Below, in pieces: positions 18,236 to 27,234 of a stretch of DNA of 64,000 nt. The DNA comes from Escherichia phage adrianh: the sequence record MN850614.1. One strand, 5' to 3'. Position numbers and translations under genes: made by a program. Within the stretch, counting starts at the first letter, position 1. Each line of letters starts with the position of its first letter. Below the pieces are notes generated by a model. It saw nothing but the letters and a program-made list of their open reading frames with translations. It did not search any database and had not been told where the DNA came from.

Positions 18236-18421
18236 TTTTTTCATTTCAGATTTGTGCAGGTAGAGTTCTGTAGAGAAATCTATAGAGAAAATTTTGAACT
18301 CCAAAGAGAAAATTCATTTTCAAACTGTGCAGGTAATCTCCAAAGGGTTTTTTTCATTTTCAAAACGTGCAGAGAAAAATCAGGTCGGGCAAGAAAAATC
18401 ATTTTAGAATTGTGCAGGTAG
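18236..18421. repeat. Four tandem copies of a CATTTTCAAA-N2-GTGCAG(GTA) element
   Basis: Copies at about 18236, 18310, 18347 and 18393; related copy near 14066-14092. Confidence 0.6.
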
Positions 18422-18597
18422 GTGGGTACATGTGGGGATGTCGCCATTTCTCACAAGGCTACCACATCTAAAAATAAAAGTCAACAGAAAAATTTGTAGC
18501 GGATTGAAAAATAATTCTTGATTGTAGTTCTGTTTTGTGGTAGTCGCGCGCACCCGTTTCATTACAATCTTTGCAAAAAATATTTTTAAAATTCCTA

Positions 18598-18626
18598 TTG
18601 ACTCTTTGAGTATGGTTATCTAATAT
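18598..18626 (+). promoter_or_regulatory. Sigma70-like promoter
   Basis: TTGACT, 17 nt spacer, TAATAT. Confidence 0.5.
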
Positions 18627-18676
18627 TTGCATCAGACGGGCAATCAAGCCCACTTCCTAAACTGGAGAATCTAAAA

Positions 18677-18883
18677 ATGCTTTACAGTCGCGAATTGATG
18701 GTTACAACTAACATTAACACAAAGGCAAAACGTTTTTACATGCAAATCTGTGGCGTATGGTCTAGAATATCAGAGACTGACTATTGCAACTATGTAGAAA
18801 CGGCTATAAACTCTAATTGCTACCTTACAAGAAATACAAGAAAGTACATAAGACAGACAGCAATTTATTACTACGATAAATAA
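18677..18883 (+). CDS. Hypothetical protein
   Basis: 68 aa ORF downstream of promoter at 18598. Confidence 0.4.
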   Translation: MLYSRELMVTTNINTKAKRFYMQICGVWSRISETDYCNYVETAINSNCYLTRNTRKYIRQTAIYYYDK

Positions 18884-18971
18884 AGTACTTTACAAGGGGC
18901 TTATAGTTCGATAAAGTAAGCCCCAGATAAAGAGCTTTACCAAATTAACCCTTAAACTAGGAGATTCAAAA
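18881..18971 (+). promoter_or_regulatory. Cassette A copy 1 (TTTACA, GGGGCTT..AAGCCCC stem-loop, AGATAAAG, RBS)
   Basis: About 90 bp unit repeated 6 times; includes upstream stop codon and downstream GGAGA RBS. Confidence 0.6.
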
Positions 18972-19355
18972 ATGGCATATCGTGCACCGAAATTCATCAA
19001 CAAAGACAACTTTCGCAAAGTACTGGAGAAGTCACTTGATGAGAATTTTAAAGGCAACATTATTGTTGTTCACGCATTCAATTTTAAGTATGATGTAAAC
19101 GGGAATAGAATCAACCATTACACGGCAACCATGTTAGACGGTACACTATCAAGTGAAAAAGCCGTACTGAATGCACTAGCAGGACGCGGAAAAGTATTAG
19201 TAAGATGTGATAAGCGACGTTATCAGGGTGGCGCATATGGTTATGATGATGCTGTTTATCATCTTGAAAATATGGGCTATAAAGTAGAAAAAGCTGGAGT
19301 ATCGCAAATCATCGGGAGCGATGGTTATGTAACAATCTTCAAAATTAACGAATAA
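18972..19355 (+). CDS. Hypothetical protein
   Basis: 127 aa ORF between cassette copies. Confidence 0.5.
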   Translation: MAYRAPKFINKDNFRKVLEKSLDENFKGNIIVVHAFNFKYDVNGNRINHYTATMLDGTLSSEKAVLNALAGRGKVLVRCDKRRYQGGAYGYDDAVYHLENMGYKVEKAGVSQIIGSDGYVTIFKINE

Positions 19356-19441
19356 AGTACTTTACAAGGGGCTTATAGTTCGATAAAGTAAGCCCCAGAT
19401 AAAGAGCTTTACCACTAAATCCTAAATTGGAGAACTTAAAA
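19353..19441 (+). promoter_or_regulatory. Cassette A copy 2
   Basis: Near-identical to copy 1. Confidence 0.6.
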
Positions 19442-19675
19442 ATGGCTATTATCAAAAACGTTGTAATTGCTGCAAAAACTCGTGATGACGCTCGCGTTAT
19501 GGCTAAAAAGTTATGCGGGAAAGTGGTTGACAATGGGAAAAAATCTGCTGTAAGATGGGGCGTAAAGGTTGATAAACATTTAACCTTAAAACGTAGTTCA
19601 AACAACCTTTTTAAAGGTGTAAAATCACTCGGTAAAGTGAATGTTTTCACTAAAAAGGTTATAAAATGCACTTAG
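19442..19675 (+). CDS. Hypothetical protein
   Basis: ATG 19442 (track start is TTG inside the cassette); 77 aa. Confidence 0.45.
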   Translation: MAIIKNVVIAAKTRDDARVMAKKLCGKVVDNGKKSAVRWGVKVDKHLTLKRSSNNLFKGVKSLGKVNVFTKKVIKCT

Positions 19676-19696
19676 CATTAACTGGAAATTTAATCT

Positions 19697-19786
19697 GATA
19701 AAGTACTTTACATGGGGTTTAAAAGTTGATATCTTAAGCCCCAGATAAAGAGCTTTACCACTCAATCCTAAACTGGAGATTCAAAA
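19697..19786 (+). promoter_or_regulatory. Cassette A copy 3 (diverged stem)
   Basis: TTTACA then GGGGTTT..AAGCCCC stem, AGATAAAG. Confidence 0.55.
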
Positions 19787-20299
19787 ATGAAAACTGTAGA
19801 CGCTACTTTTGAAGTTGTAAAAGAAAAATTCACCATTATCTATGAAGCGGTAAATTGCTTTGAAGCAAGCCATAATCTTGATAATTGGAAGTTTACAGAT
19901 GACCATCAAGGCGGTGTGACTATTAAAAATCCTAACTGTCAGCGTAACGATTTTAAATATGCAATTCCTTTAAATTATAGCCTTAAGCAGCTTTCTAGTG
20001 ACTATGCAAAACAAGGCCGGGAAAACCCATCAAAAGAGGCTTATATCAGCTTACAGGAAGAACTAGAAAGAGATTTAGAGGCTTCAGAGTACAACCTTGC
20101 CGCGAAAGTTGTGGATGCAAACGGTAACACGGTTTTAGAAAGTTTTTATCTTGGTTATGCTTTCGATTGGTGCTATCGTGACGGCGATGATTTAGAGGAT
20201 AGACTAAAAGAAGAGGTGAGCAATTCAGACGCAGAAACTGAAGTATTAGAACGTTTGGAATCGTTGAAAGACTCAGTGATGAATATCTTTAAGAACTAA
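19787..20299 (+). CDS. Hypothetical protein
   Basis: 170 aa ORF. Confidence 0.5.
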   Translation: MKTVDATFEVVKEKFTIIYEAVNCFEASHNLDNWKFTDDHQGGVTIKNPNCQRNDFKYAIPLNYSLKQLSSDYAKQGRENPSKEAYISLQEELERDLEASEYNLAAKVVDANGNTVLESFYLGYAFDWCYRDGDDLEDRLKEEVSNSDAETEVLERLESLKDSVMNIFKN

Positions 20300-20391
20300 A
20301 TAGATTTCTTTACACGGGGCTAACAAGCTGATATGATAGCCCCAGATAAAGAGATTTATCAAATAAAGCCCTTAAACTAGGAGATTCTAAA
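20300..20391 (+). promoter_or_regulatory. Cassette A copy 4 (diverged)
   Basis: TTTACA then GGGGCTA..TAGCCCC stem, AGATAAAG. Confidence 0.55.
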
Positions 20392-20688
20392 ATGAAATTA
20401 TCGAATAAAGTTCGTGAAAATCTGAGCAAATTACTCAACAAAATTGATTTCATTGAAACATCAAGAAATAGTCATGATGTTATGGAATGGTTACACGGCA
20501 AAATAAAAGGCCGTCGTGTAGTGATTTGTTTATGGAATAGTTGCAGGGAGTATAAAAAACCTGTATTGCAAGTAAATATTTATGATGATACTTTTAAAAG
20601 TCCTGTAAAGTCTAAAAGTGATTTATTAGAATCCTATGAGATAACTTTAAATGGCAAAGTATCACGTAAAGAGGAAACACCATGTTAA
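20392..20688 (+). CDS. Hypothetical protein
   Basis: 98 aa ORF. Confidence 0.45.
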   Translation: MKLSNKVRENLSKLLNKIDFIETSRNSHDVMEWLHGKIKGRRVVICLWNSCREYKKPVLQVNIYDDTFKSPVKSKSDLLESYEITLNGKVSRKEETPC

Positions 20689-21014
20689 TGACTGGTATCA
20701 CTGCAATCATTGCCATTTTCGCGCTATATAAGGCATATAAAGCCTATAATCTAGCAAATAAGGCAATCACACAGCAGGTTAGCAATAACCTTGTAGAAAG
20801 CTTTCTAGGGCGCCTCAGTGATGAGCAAATAAAGCGGCTAGAGATGAGCTTCAGATATAAAGCGAAAACCTATCAGATAAGTGACATCTTCAAAGATGAT
20901 TTTCAGTTAGTGGATGATTATAACTCTCTGATAAATGCTTTAAATATTAGTGACTTAAAAGACTATTACGCTGTAATTGTCCAAGAATTGAACAAACGAA
21001 AAAATTCCTCTTGA
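20682..21014 (+). CDS. Hypothetical membrane protein
   Basis: 110 aa, hydrophobic N-terminal segment. Confidence 0.45.
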   Translation: MLMTGITAIIAIFALYKAYKAYNLANKAITQQVSNNLVESFLGRLSDEQIKRLEMSFRYKAKTYQISDIFKDDFQLVDDYNSLINALNISDLKDYYAVIVQELNKRKNSS

Positions 21015-21102
21015 TTTTGGTTTTTAAAACAAGTAAATTACTAATCAACGGGAGGTAATAACCTCCCCACTAAGTAAAATCCTTAAACTAGGAGCTTTTA
21101 AA
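21008..21102 (+). promoter_or_regulatory. Cassette B copy 1 (TAAATTACTAATCAAC, GGGAGG..CCTCCC stem-loop, RBS)
   Basis: Second repeat family, 6 copies; stems conserved with variable loops. Confidence 0.6.
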
Positions 21103-21375
21103 ATGTACACTACTAACAACGGTCGCACCTTAAACGTAACCCTACGCCACTACATGAACGGCGTAATGCACTTCGAGGATTTACAAGCCGAACAACATAT
21201 CTTAGATTGGCAACTTGCAGGACTACAAAAAACTGCTACAGGATACGGGAAAAAGATTCCAACCAGTTGGAAAGTATACTACGAAGGCCGTTTGCGCAGA
21301 ATTTATCAGGATGTGCAAAGCAATAGCGCATTGAGTTACATCATAGTAAAAGGTAAAAAGCTGCATTTAGTATAA
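21103..21375 (+). CDS. Hypothetical protein
   Basis: 90 aa ORF. Confidence 0.45.
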   Translation: MYTTNNGRTLNVTLRHYMNGVMHFEDLQAEQHILDWQLAGLQKTATGYGKKIPTSWKVYYEGRLRRIYQDVQSNSALSYIIVKGKKLHLV

Positions 21376-21461
21376 AGTACTTTACAAGGGGCTTATAGTT
21401 CGATAAAGTAAGCCCCAGATAAAGAGCTTTACCACTAAATCCTAAATTGGAGAACTTAAAA
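21373..21461 (+). promoter_or_regulatory. Cassette A copy 5
   Basis: Identical to copy 2 through the start codon. Confidence 0.6.
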
Positions 21462-21866
21462 ATGGCTATTAATAATCGCGAGTTATCAATCTTAAAAGCA
21501 CGTTTGACCGTTAACCGGATTAATGTTATTACGTCATCAGCACCGGACGAAACATTGCACAACATTATTGGGAAGATTCAAAGCGTTATCTTAGACGTTG
21601 AAAACGTAAAAAACTCATTGGCTGACGTTGCAGCAGGTATCACGCTAGACGGTGCACAATATGAAATGACCGACATGTTAGGCAAATCTAAGGTAATGAA
21701 TAAAGAGCTTGATTTGAAAATGTTTCGGTTTGCTGTTAAAGTGTGGCTATCTGTCGAGTATGACGCTAACTTTGCAATCGCTGACTTTTTCGCCACTTGG
21801 TTACAACGTAATTTGACAAATCATGATTTTCGTGGTATCTGTGATGCAATTTATGCAGAACTCTAA
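21462..21866 (+). CDS. Hypothetical protein
   Basis: ATG 21462; N-terminus MAI shared with 19442 gene via cassette. Confidence 0.45.
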   Translation: MAINNRELSILKARLTVNRINVITSSAPDETLHNIIGKIQSVILDVENVKNSLADVAAGITLDGAQYEMTDMLGKSKVMNKELDLKMFRFAVKVWLSVEYDANFAIADFFATWLQRNLTNHDFRGICDAIYAEL

Positions 21867-21873
21867 AAATTTA

Positions 21874-21967
21874 TCTTGATTTTGGTTTTTAAAACAAGTA
21901 AATTACTAATCAACGGGAGGTAATAGCCTCCCCACTAAACAAAGTCCTTAAACTAGGAGATTCAAAA
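21874..21967 (+). promoter_or_regulatory. Cassette B copy 2
   Basis: Includes upstream CTTGATTTTGGTTTTTAAAAC extension shared with copy 1. Confidence 0.6.
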
Positions 21968-22171
21968 ATGGCTATTATTAACGGTTTAACCATTGAAACT
22001 ACACACATCAAAGATATTAAAGTCGGTGATGTAGTTCTCTTTCACGGCGTAGAAAAAACCGTCACGGCGAAAGATATTACAGAGGACTCCTTCATGGGTA
22101 GGTCACTCTTCGGTGATTCTTATTGCTTAGGTTACCGTGCAGTTTTAAAAGTTGTAAAAAATAACCGATAA
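21968..22171 (+). CDS. Hypothetical protein
   Basis: 67 aa ORF. Confidence 0.4.
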   Translation: MAIINGLTIETTHIKDIKVGDVVLFHGVEKTVTAKDITEDSFMGRSLFGDSYCLGYRAVLKVVKNNR

Positions 22172-22256
22172 AGTACTTTACAAGGGGCTTATAGTTCGAT
22201 AAAGTAAGCCCCAGATAAAGAGCTTTACCACTAAATCCTAAATTGGAGATTCTAAA
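22167..22256 (+). promoter_or_regulatory. Cassette A copy 6
   Basis: Near-identical to copies 1, 2 and 5. Confidence 0.6.
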
Positions 22257-22799
22257 ATGAAATGCTTTCACGGTACTACCCAAGAAAATTTCCTCAACCT
22301 GATTAATAACGGTGACAAGCCATCAGGTGCATGGAATTGTTCGGATATGGACGGCAATTTTTACGTGTACCCAGAAAATAAAATCTATGGCGACGATGAG
22401 GAAGAGATAATCTCTGAAGGTATCCAGCAAGCGTTAGGTAATGCCACTATTACGGCCGCTTTCCAGATGAAAACCCAAAATATTGTTATCTTAGAACTTG
22501 ATATCCCAGAGGATGACCTAAATGACGATTATTCTTGTGATAATATGTCTGGCGTAGCAAGTTTTACAGAATACTTCGATTTAAATTGGATTAAAAAGGT
22601 TTACGTAACAGAGTTTAACGCTATGTATTCGCCTTTTTGTCTTCCTTCATTGGATAACCCAAATTTAAATTATCTTGATGAGTCTCTGGAGCTTCTTGCT
22701 AAAAGTGTCCAACAGTCGGACAGTATTCAGGTTTTTTGTGACATCATGGACACACTAACGGGAAACATCGCAGAAGAGGATTTAAAGAGCTTTTTCTAA
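22257..22799 (+). CDS. Hypothetical protein
   Basis: 180 aa acidic ORF. Confidence 0.5.
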   Translation: MKCFHGTTQENFLNLINNGDKPSGAWNCSDMDGNFYVYPENKIYGDDEEEIISEGIQQALGNATITAAFQMKTQNIVILELDIPEDDLNDDYSCDNMSGVASFTEYFDLNWIKKVYVTEFNAMYSPFCLPSLDNPNLNYLDESLELLAKSVQQSDSIQVFCDIMDTLTGNIAEEDLKSFF

Positions 22800-22831
22800 A
22801 AACCTATGCAATCACCTTATAAACACTGATT

Positions 22832-22852
22832 AGCCCCTCACAGGGGCTTTTA
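22832..22852 (+). terminator. Hairpin, weak terminator
   Basis: AGCCCCT CACA GGGGCT then TTT. Confidence 0.35.
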
Positions 22853-22865
22853 AGAGGCTTAAATC

Positions 22866-23099
22866 ATGCTTACAACCGTTTATCTTATCCTTTCTATTTG
22901 TAATGGTCATTCATGTGATTTTAAAGGGCTTGAGGAGTTTACAGGAAGTAAAGAAAATGCTGTTCAGGTCTGTCAGATAGCAAGGCAAGACTACCCCGCC
23001 AGTGATGACATACAATGTTACTTTAAGACAGAAGATGAAGATGGTATCTATTTCGATAGTGTAGACGGTCAATATGAAATAATTATAGAAAAAGACTAG
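22866..23099 (+). CDS. Hypothetical protein
   Basis: 77 aa ORF. Confidence 0.4.
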   Translation: MLTTVYLILSICNGHSCDFKGLEEFTGSKENAVQVCQIARQDYPASDDIQCYFKTEDEDGIYFDSVDGQYEIIIEKD

Positions 23100-23115
23100 A
23101 CAAGCCTGATAAAAA

Positions 23116-23189
23116 TCTGTAAATTACTAATCAACGGGGAGGGAATGACCTTCCCCACTAAACAAAATCCTAAACTGGAGATTCAAAAA
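23116..23189 (+). promoter_or_regulatory. Cassette B copy 3 (variant stem GGGGAGGG..CCTTCCCC)
   Basis: Stem retained through compensatory substitutions. Confidence 0.55.
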
Positions 23190-23531
23190 ATGGCTTATGT
23201 AACCGTAATTACTGATAAAGAGGGTTCATCTTGGTCAACTCAGGTTAGTGATAAGATGTCGCCTATGCAGTGCCTAAAATACTTTGAACAGTGGAACAAA
23301 GGCGAGGACACAAGCCCCTTTCAAGTGATGCAGATTATCCATGTAGACAATGAAGGGAAGAAAACGACTTTAAACAGCGAGTTCTATGCAACCCGATTTG
23401 AAACGAGATGTAAAACGATGAAGTTATTACGTGAATCCGGTTATGCCCATATCGCCGCGTTAATCTGGGATGACCTGCTAAAAAGTCAGCGTATCAGCTA
23501 TGTAAAACCTGAAAAAATATTCATCAGTTAA
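23190..23531 (+). CDS. Hypothetical protein
   Basis: Track ORF 23145..23531 trimmed to ATG 23190 after cassette RBS. Confidence 0.45.
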   Translation: MAYVTVITDKEGSSWSTQVSDKMSPMQCLKYFEQWNKGEDTSPFQVMQIIHVDNEGKKTTLNSEFYATRFETRCKTMKLLRESGYAHIAALIWDDLLKSQRISYVKPEKIFIS

Positions 23532-23687
23532 TCAATAACTTACAAAAAACTTTCAAAAAAGTATTGACAACGCCCCTTGACATTGGTAGATTTGTTCGAG
23601 GGGGTTTATCTAAAAGGGATTAACTTAAAAGATTCTTTATAGATAAACTTAAAAAATTGCTTGCAATCAGATATCAAAACAAGTAAA

Positions 23688-23752
23688 TTACTAATCAACG
23701 GGAGGTAATAGCCTCCCCACTAAACAAAGTCCTTAAACTAGGAGATTCAAAA
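23688..23752 (+). promoter_or_regulatory. Cassette B copy 4
   Basis: Identical core to copy 2. Confidence 0.6.
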
Positions 23753-24283
23753 ATGAACAAATTTCAAGCTATCAACTACATTCGCTCAAATGCTGTAATG
23801 TCTAAGCCTGTTAAAGATACCTATGAATTTCGCTGCAATGGGGTACACTTTGCAACCATCACTAAATCAGAAAACGGGGCTTATTACGTTCATCGTCGTA
23901 ATGTTGCAACCGTTGTAGTCTCTCACTTTATGCAAGCTGTAGCAGAGTTATTACCGCTATTCTTAGGGATTTACTTGGATGAGTGTAAAAACGTTCACAA
24001 CCACGTTAAAAACCTTTTAAACGGTTATAAAATGGCTTATGAACGTTCTATCAAGTCCTTAAACAAGTTCTATAAAGCCCCTGTAAATACTGTTTCAATG
24101 GCCTACGCTGCAAATGGTGAAAGAGTAAACCTATCCGATGTGGAAGATATCGAGCTTTACGACCATCGGCCTAACGGTTACTCTCAGACACTCGGTGAAG
24201 GTTTAACGTTCAATATCAAGAACTTAGAAAAAACTTTAAAAGATATTGAAAAAGATATTGACGAGACAATCAAAAATCTGTAA
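23753..24283 (+). CDS. Hypothetical protein
   Basis: 176 aa ORF. Confidence 0.5.
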   Translation: MNKFQAINYIRSNAVMSKPVKDTYEFRCNGVHFATITKSENGAYYVHRRNVATVVVSHFMQAVAELLPLFLGIYLDECKNVHNHVKNLLNGYKMAYERSIKSLNKFYKAPVNTVSMAYAANGERVNLSDVEDIELYDHRPNGYSQTLGEGLTFNIKNLEKTLKDIEKDIDETIKNL

Positions 24284-24347
24284 ATTACTAATCAACGGGA
24301 GGTAATAGCCTCCCCACTAAACAAAGTCCTAAACTGGAGTTATCAAG
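24279..24347 (+). promoter_or_regulatory. Cassette B copy 5
   Basis: Begins at the upstream gene stop codon (CTG TAA ATTACTAATC). Confidence 0.6.
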
Positions 24348-24611
24348 ATGGAAAACGTAGAATTAACCACACTTTTACAAATTGCAACCGACAAAGAAGA
24401 TGTAGCATTATTCCACCGTATCGAAAGTGATTTGTTCAATGGTGAAATCATCAAAGAATCTTATGAAGTTGTCGGATTCAAAGATGGTAAAGCGTTTGGC
24501 TTTTTTGACCTCGACAAAGGCAACGCGGTTGCAAAATATGATGTTTTATCTTGTGAGATTCTTACAAAATACAACGAAAAAAGGCTTGCAACATACGCCA
24601 ACATGCAGTAA
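24348..24611 (+). CDS. Hypothetical protein
   Basis: 87 aa ORF. Confidence 0.45.
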   Translation: MENVELTTLLQIATDKEDVALFHRIESDLFNGEIIKESYEVVGFKDGKAFGFFDLDKGNAVAKYDVLSCEILTKYNEKRLATYANMQ

Positions 24612-24677
24612 ATTACTAATCAACGGGAGGCGACAACCTCCCCACTAAATAAAACCCTTAAACTAGGAGATTCAAAA
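24608..24677 (+). promoter_or_regulatory. Cassette B copy 6 (variant loop GCGACAA)
   Basis: GGGAGG..CCTCCCC stem retained, loop differs. Confidence 0.55.
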
Positions 24678-24926
24678 ATGGCAACTATCCGCGCTACTGT
24701 TAACGAGTTCGGTTTTTCCTCTCTGGATGTTAAATTTGACATTGTAGGCACTGATAACGCCTTTGAAATGGTGAAAGGTCTTATCAGTCAGACCATCAAA
24801 GGCTATAATCCTTCTAAGGAGTTCTGGGAGGAAACAAAACAGGAAGTTCTTAAGGATGGTTACACTTATCACTATTGGGGAGAAAAAATCGTCTCCCTGT
24901 ACTACGACAAACAAGATTATAACTAA
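24678..24926 (+). CDS. Hypothetical protein
   Basis: 82 aa ORF. Confidence 0.45.
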   Translation: MATIRATVNEFGFSSLDVKFDIVGTDNAFEMVKGLISQTIKGYNPSKEFWEETKQEVLKDGYTYHYWGEKIVSLYYDKQDYN

Positions 24927-24964
24927 TCGGCGCAGCGGGGCTAAATAGCCCCAGATACCTTTAC

Positions 24965-24992
24965 AGCCCCTTTCCCATAGGGGCTTTTTTAC
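24965..24992 (+). terminator. Rho-independent terminator closing the plus-strand small-gene block
   Basis: AGCCCCT..AGGGGCT hairpin then TTTTTT; second hairpin just upstream at about 24937-24952. Confidence 0.6.
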
Positions 24993-25419
24993 GTCTATCC
25001 AATCCTCATACAACCCCTTTCCCTTTCCTTTCCAGAATCTTATCAGACCTTAAAAAGCAATAACTTTACAGCCTTTTACTAAGTCAATTAATTGGCCTTA
25101 TTAATAAGCCCTTAAACATAAGCCAATAACCCCAGAAAGGGGGCAACCCATTTAAACGCCATATAAAGCCCTATAACGGCCTTTTTAACCTAACTTAAGG
25201 GATTGCATTACCTCACCCTTAAAAGCCCTTTATAAAGCTTCACAGAGCCTTAAAAGAATCTTATAAGGGTGTAAGCTTTATTATCTCGTTAGCTATCTTG
25301 TGAACTACTAAACAACCCCCTTGATAGTAACTGAAAAGTATGTTATAGGGGCTTTAAAGTTACTTTGAAGTATCTTAAGAGTTACGTAAATGCTAGCCCC
25401 CTTAACATTCTCTTAACAA

Positions 25420-26520
25420 TTTCTTAACAATCCCTACATAGTTATGCTTTTAAGGCACTTGTTAGCAACTTGTTAGCCCCTTGTTAAATCTCTGTTAAGA
25501 CCACGTAAAAGCCTTGTAAGAGTCTTTGACATAGCCTTTAAAGCTTCTGTAAAGCCTTATAAAGAGGTGTCTGTACAGTTGGGGTGTAACTACTAGTGAG
25601 AGACTTAAAAGAGCTTACAAGGAGCTATAGAGAGCTTTTAAGAGGTATGTTTAAGGAATCACTAAGAAAGGAAAGGGAACGATAAGAAAAGAGTAGTGAC
25701 CATGTTAATAGCTTGTTAAAAAGATTAAACACTTGTTAGAAACTTGTTAATTATCTTAACAAAATAACTCTTTAAAATTAACTTGTTAGCTCTTGTTAGT
25801 CATCTGTTAAGCCTCTGTAAAGACTATTCAGCACTTGTTAATTGGTATTGTTACCAATCCCTAGAAAACTGTTAAGCCCTTGTCAGTTCTGTTAAGAAAC
25901 TGTTAAGACCTTTGAAGAGTTGTTAAGAAGATGTGAGAACTGTTAAGAGATTGTTAAGGATATTTTAAAATTTTGCAAAGGGGATGTTACAGGGATGTTA
26001 AGGGCTACCAAGCAGATATACATCCTCTACAGATATTTTTCAGTTCCTTCAAAGACCCTAAAAAAAAAATGACTTGACAGTCTTATTTTATAAAAATTTT
26101 AAAATTCTGAATAATTACCTAGACAGTCTTTTAAAAATACAGGTAGAAACAGGCTTATAAGATACCTTGTTAGTACCGTGTTAGACCTTGTGAGATAAGG
26201 TCTGTGAAGATATTCCTGTTAAGTTTGTTAAAACAGCCTATATAGAGGCTTAGTAATACCTAGTGAACACCTATAGAGGGTAACATAGCTAACCTAGAGA
26301 TTAAGAGGTGTATAGGAGCTTCTAAGAGTGTGTAGAGAGATGGTTAAGGTGATTGTATAGGTTGTTAAGAAGGCTTGTTAGAAGAGTGTTTAGAAGGCTT
26401 GTTAGAGGGCTAGTTAGAAGGGTTATACAGAGGGGCTATTAAGACCACTAGATAGTTACTAAGATACTATATAGTACTATATAACTATATATAGAGAGTA
26501 AGATTAAGAAGGTTGTTAAG
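25420..26520. repeat. Dense array of short TGTTAAG / TTGTTAG-type repeats in a coding desert
   Basis: No track ORF between 25013 and 26629; more than 30 copies of TGTTAAG-like heptamers at 8-20 bp spacing. Confidence 0.7.
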
Positions 26521-26592
26521 AAGGGTAGATATTTTATTCACATATGATGGTGACCCAGAGGTTGGGACAACCGATAAAATTTTATAAAAATT

Positions 26593-26617
26593 AAAAAGCC
26601 CCCCAATTAAGGAGGCT
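26593..26617 (-). terminator. Rho-independent terminator for the minus-strand block
   Basis: On minus strand AGCCTCC..GGGGGGCT hairpin followed by TTTTT. Confidence 0.5.
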
Positions 26618-26628
26618 CTTAAGATATT

Positions 26629-27234
26629 TTAAATGAGTGTTTCCAGAACTGTCTTCAGTGATGACTTGGTTGTCTGATAAAAATGAGTGAAGCCATTGTT
26701 GTTATCAAACACCTGCATCATGATACCATCTCCCTTGATTGGGTACACTCGGATATCATAGTGAAACCCATTAAAGACAGCAGAACCACTACAGAATGAA
26801 CTAAAATCATCTACTGAGATGTACTCTTCATGACCTGTGATTTTTATACAAACACCTTTACTCGGTCTCTTAGGGTTGATATCTTCCATCACAGACATAT
26901 TCTGTCCACCAAGAGATACCATAGTGACCACTTTACGGTTCTTCTGTCTGAAGTACATTTTAACTTTCTGCAAGGTGTCTTCATAGAACGGATAAGACTT
27001 CTCTACAAAGATTCCTTCAAGTGGCTCTTTACCGTTTACAATACCTCTGGTATGTCGTACTGAGAAGATAAGTTGCTCTAGCAGGTCAAGGCTTTCTTCG
27101 GATAGTGCTTCCCTAATATCATTCCAATCAAGTACTAGGTAGTTACCTTCAACATCTTTTAAGTTATCTTTTTCCATATCTATCACACCATTATCGTAAA
27201 ACTTGGTAAGCTGGGACTGCAAACTTGTTGCCAT
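26629..27234 (-). CDS. Hypothetical protein
   Basis: 201 aa ORF. Confidence 0.5.
   Translation of the reverse strand: MATSLQSQLTKFYDNGVIDMEKDNLKDVEGNYLVLDWNDIREALSEESLDLLEQLIFSVRHTRGIVNGKEPLEGIFVEKSYPFYEDTLQKVKMYFRQKNRKVVTMVSLGGQNMSVMEDINPKRPSKGVCIKITGHEEYISVDDFSSFCSGSAVFNGFHYDIRVYPIKGDGIMMQVFDNNNGFTHFYQTTKSSLKTVLETLI

Noticed and set aside
18881-24677. Possible CRISPR array suggested by regularly repeated about 70-90 bp elements
   Set aside because: The intervening segments are 200-540 bp protein-coding ORFs with RBS and start codons, the repeats are imperfect and of two unrelated families, and no cas genes are present; these are regulatory cassettes, not CRISPR repeats.
25013-26629. rRNA or large structured RNA gene in the coding desert
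   Set aside because: Sequence is low-complexity and dominated by short heptamer repeats with no rRNA-like conserved blocks; a repeat array is the better description.
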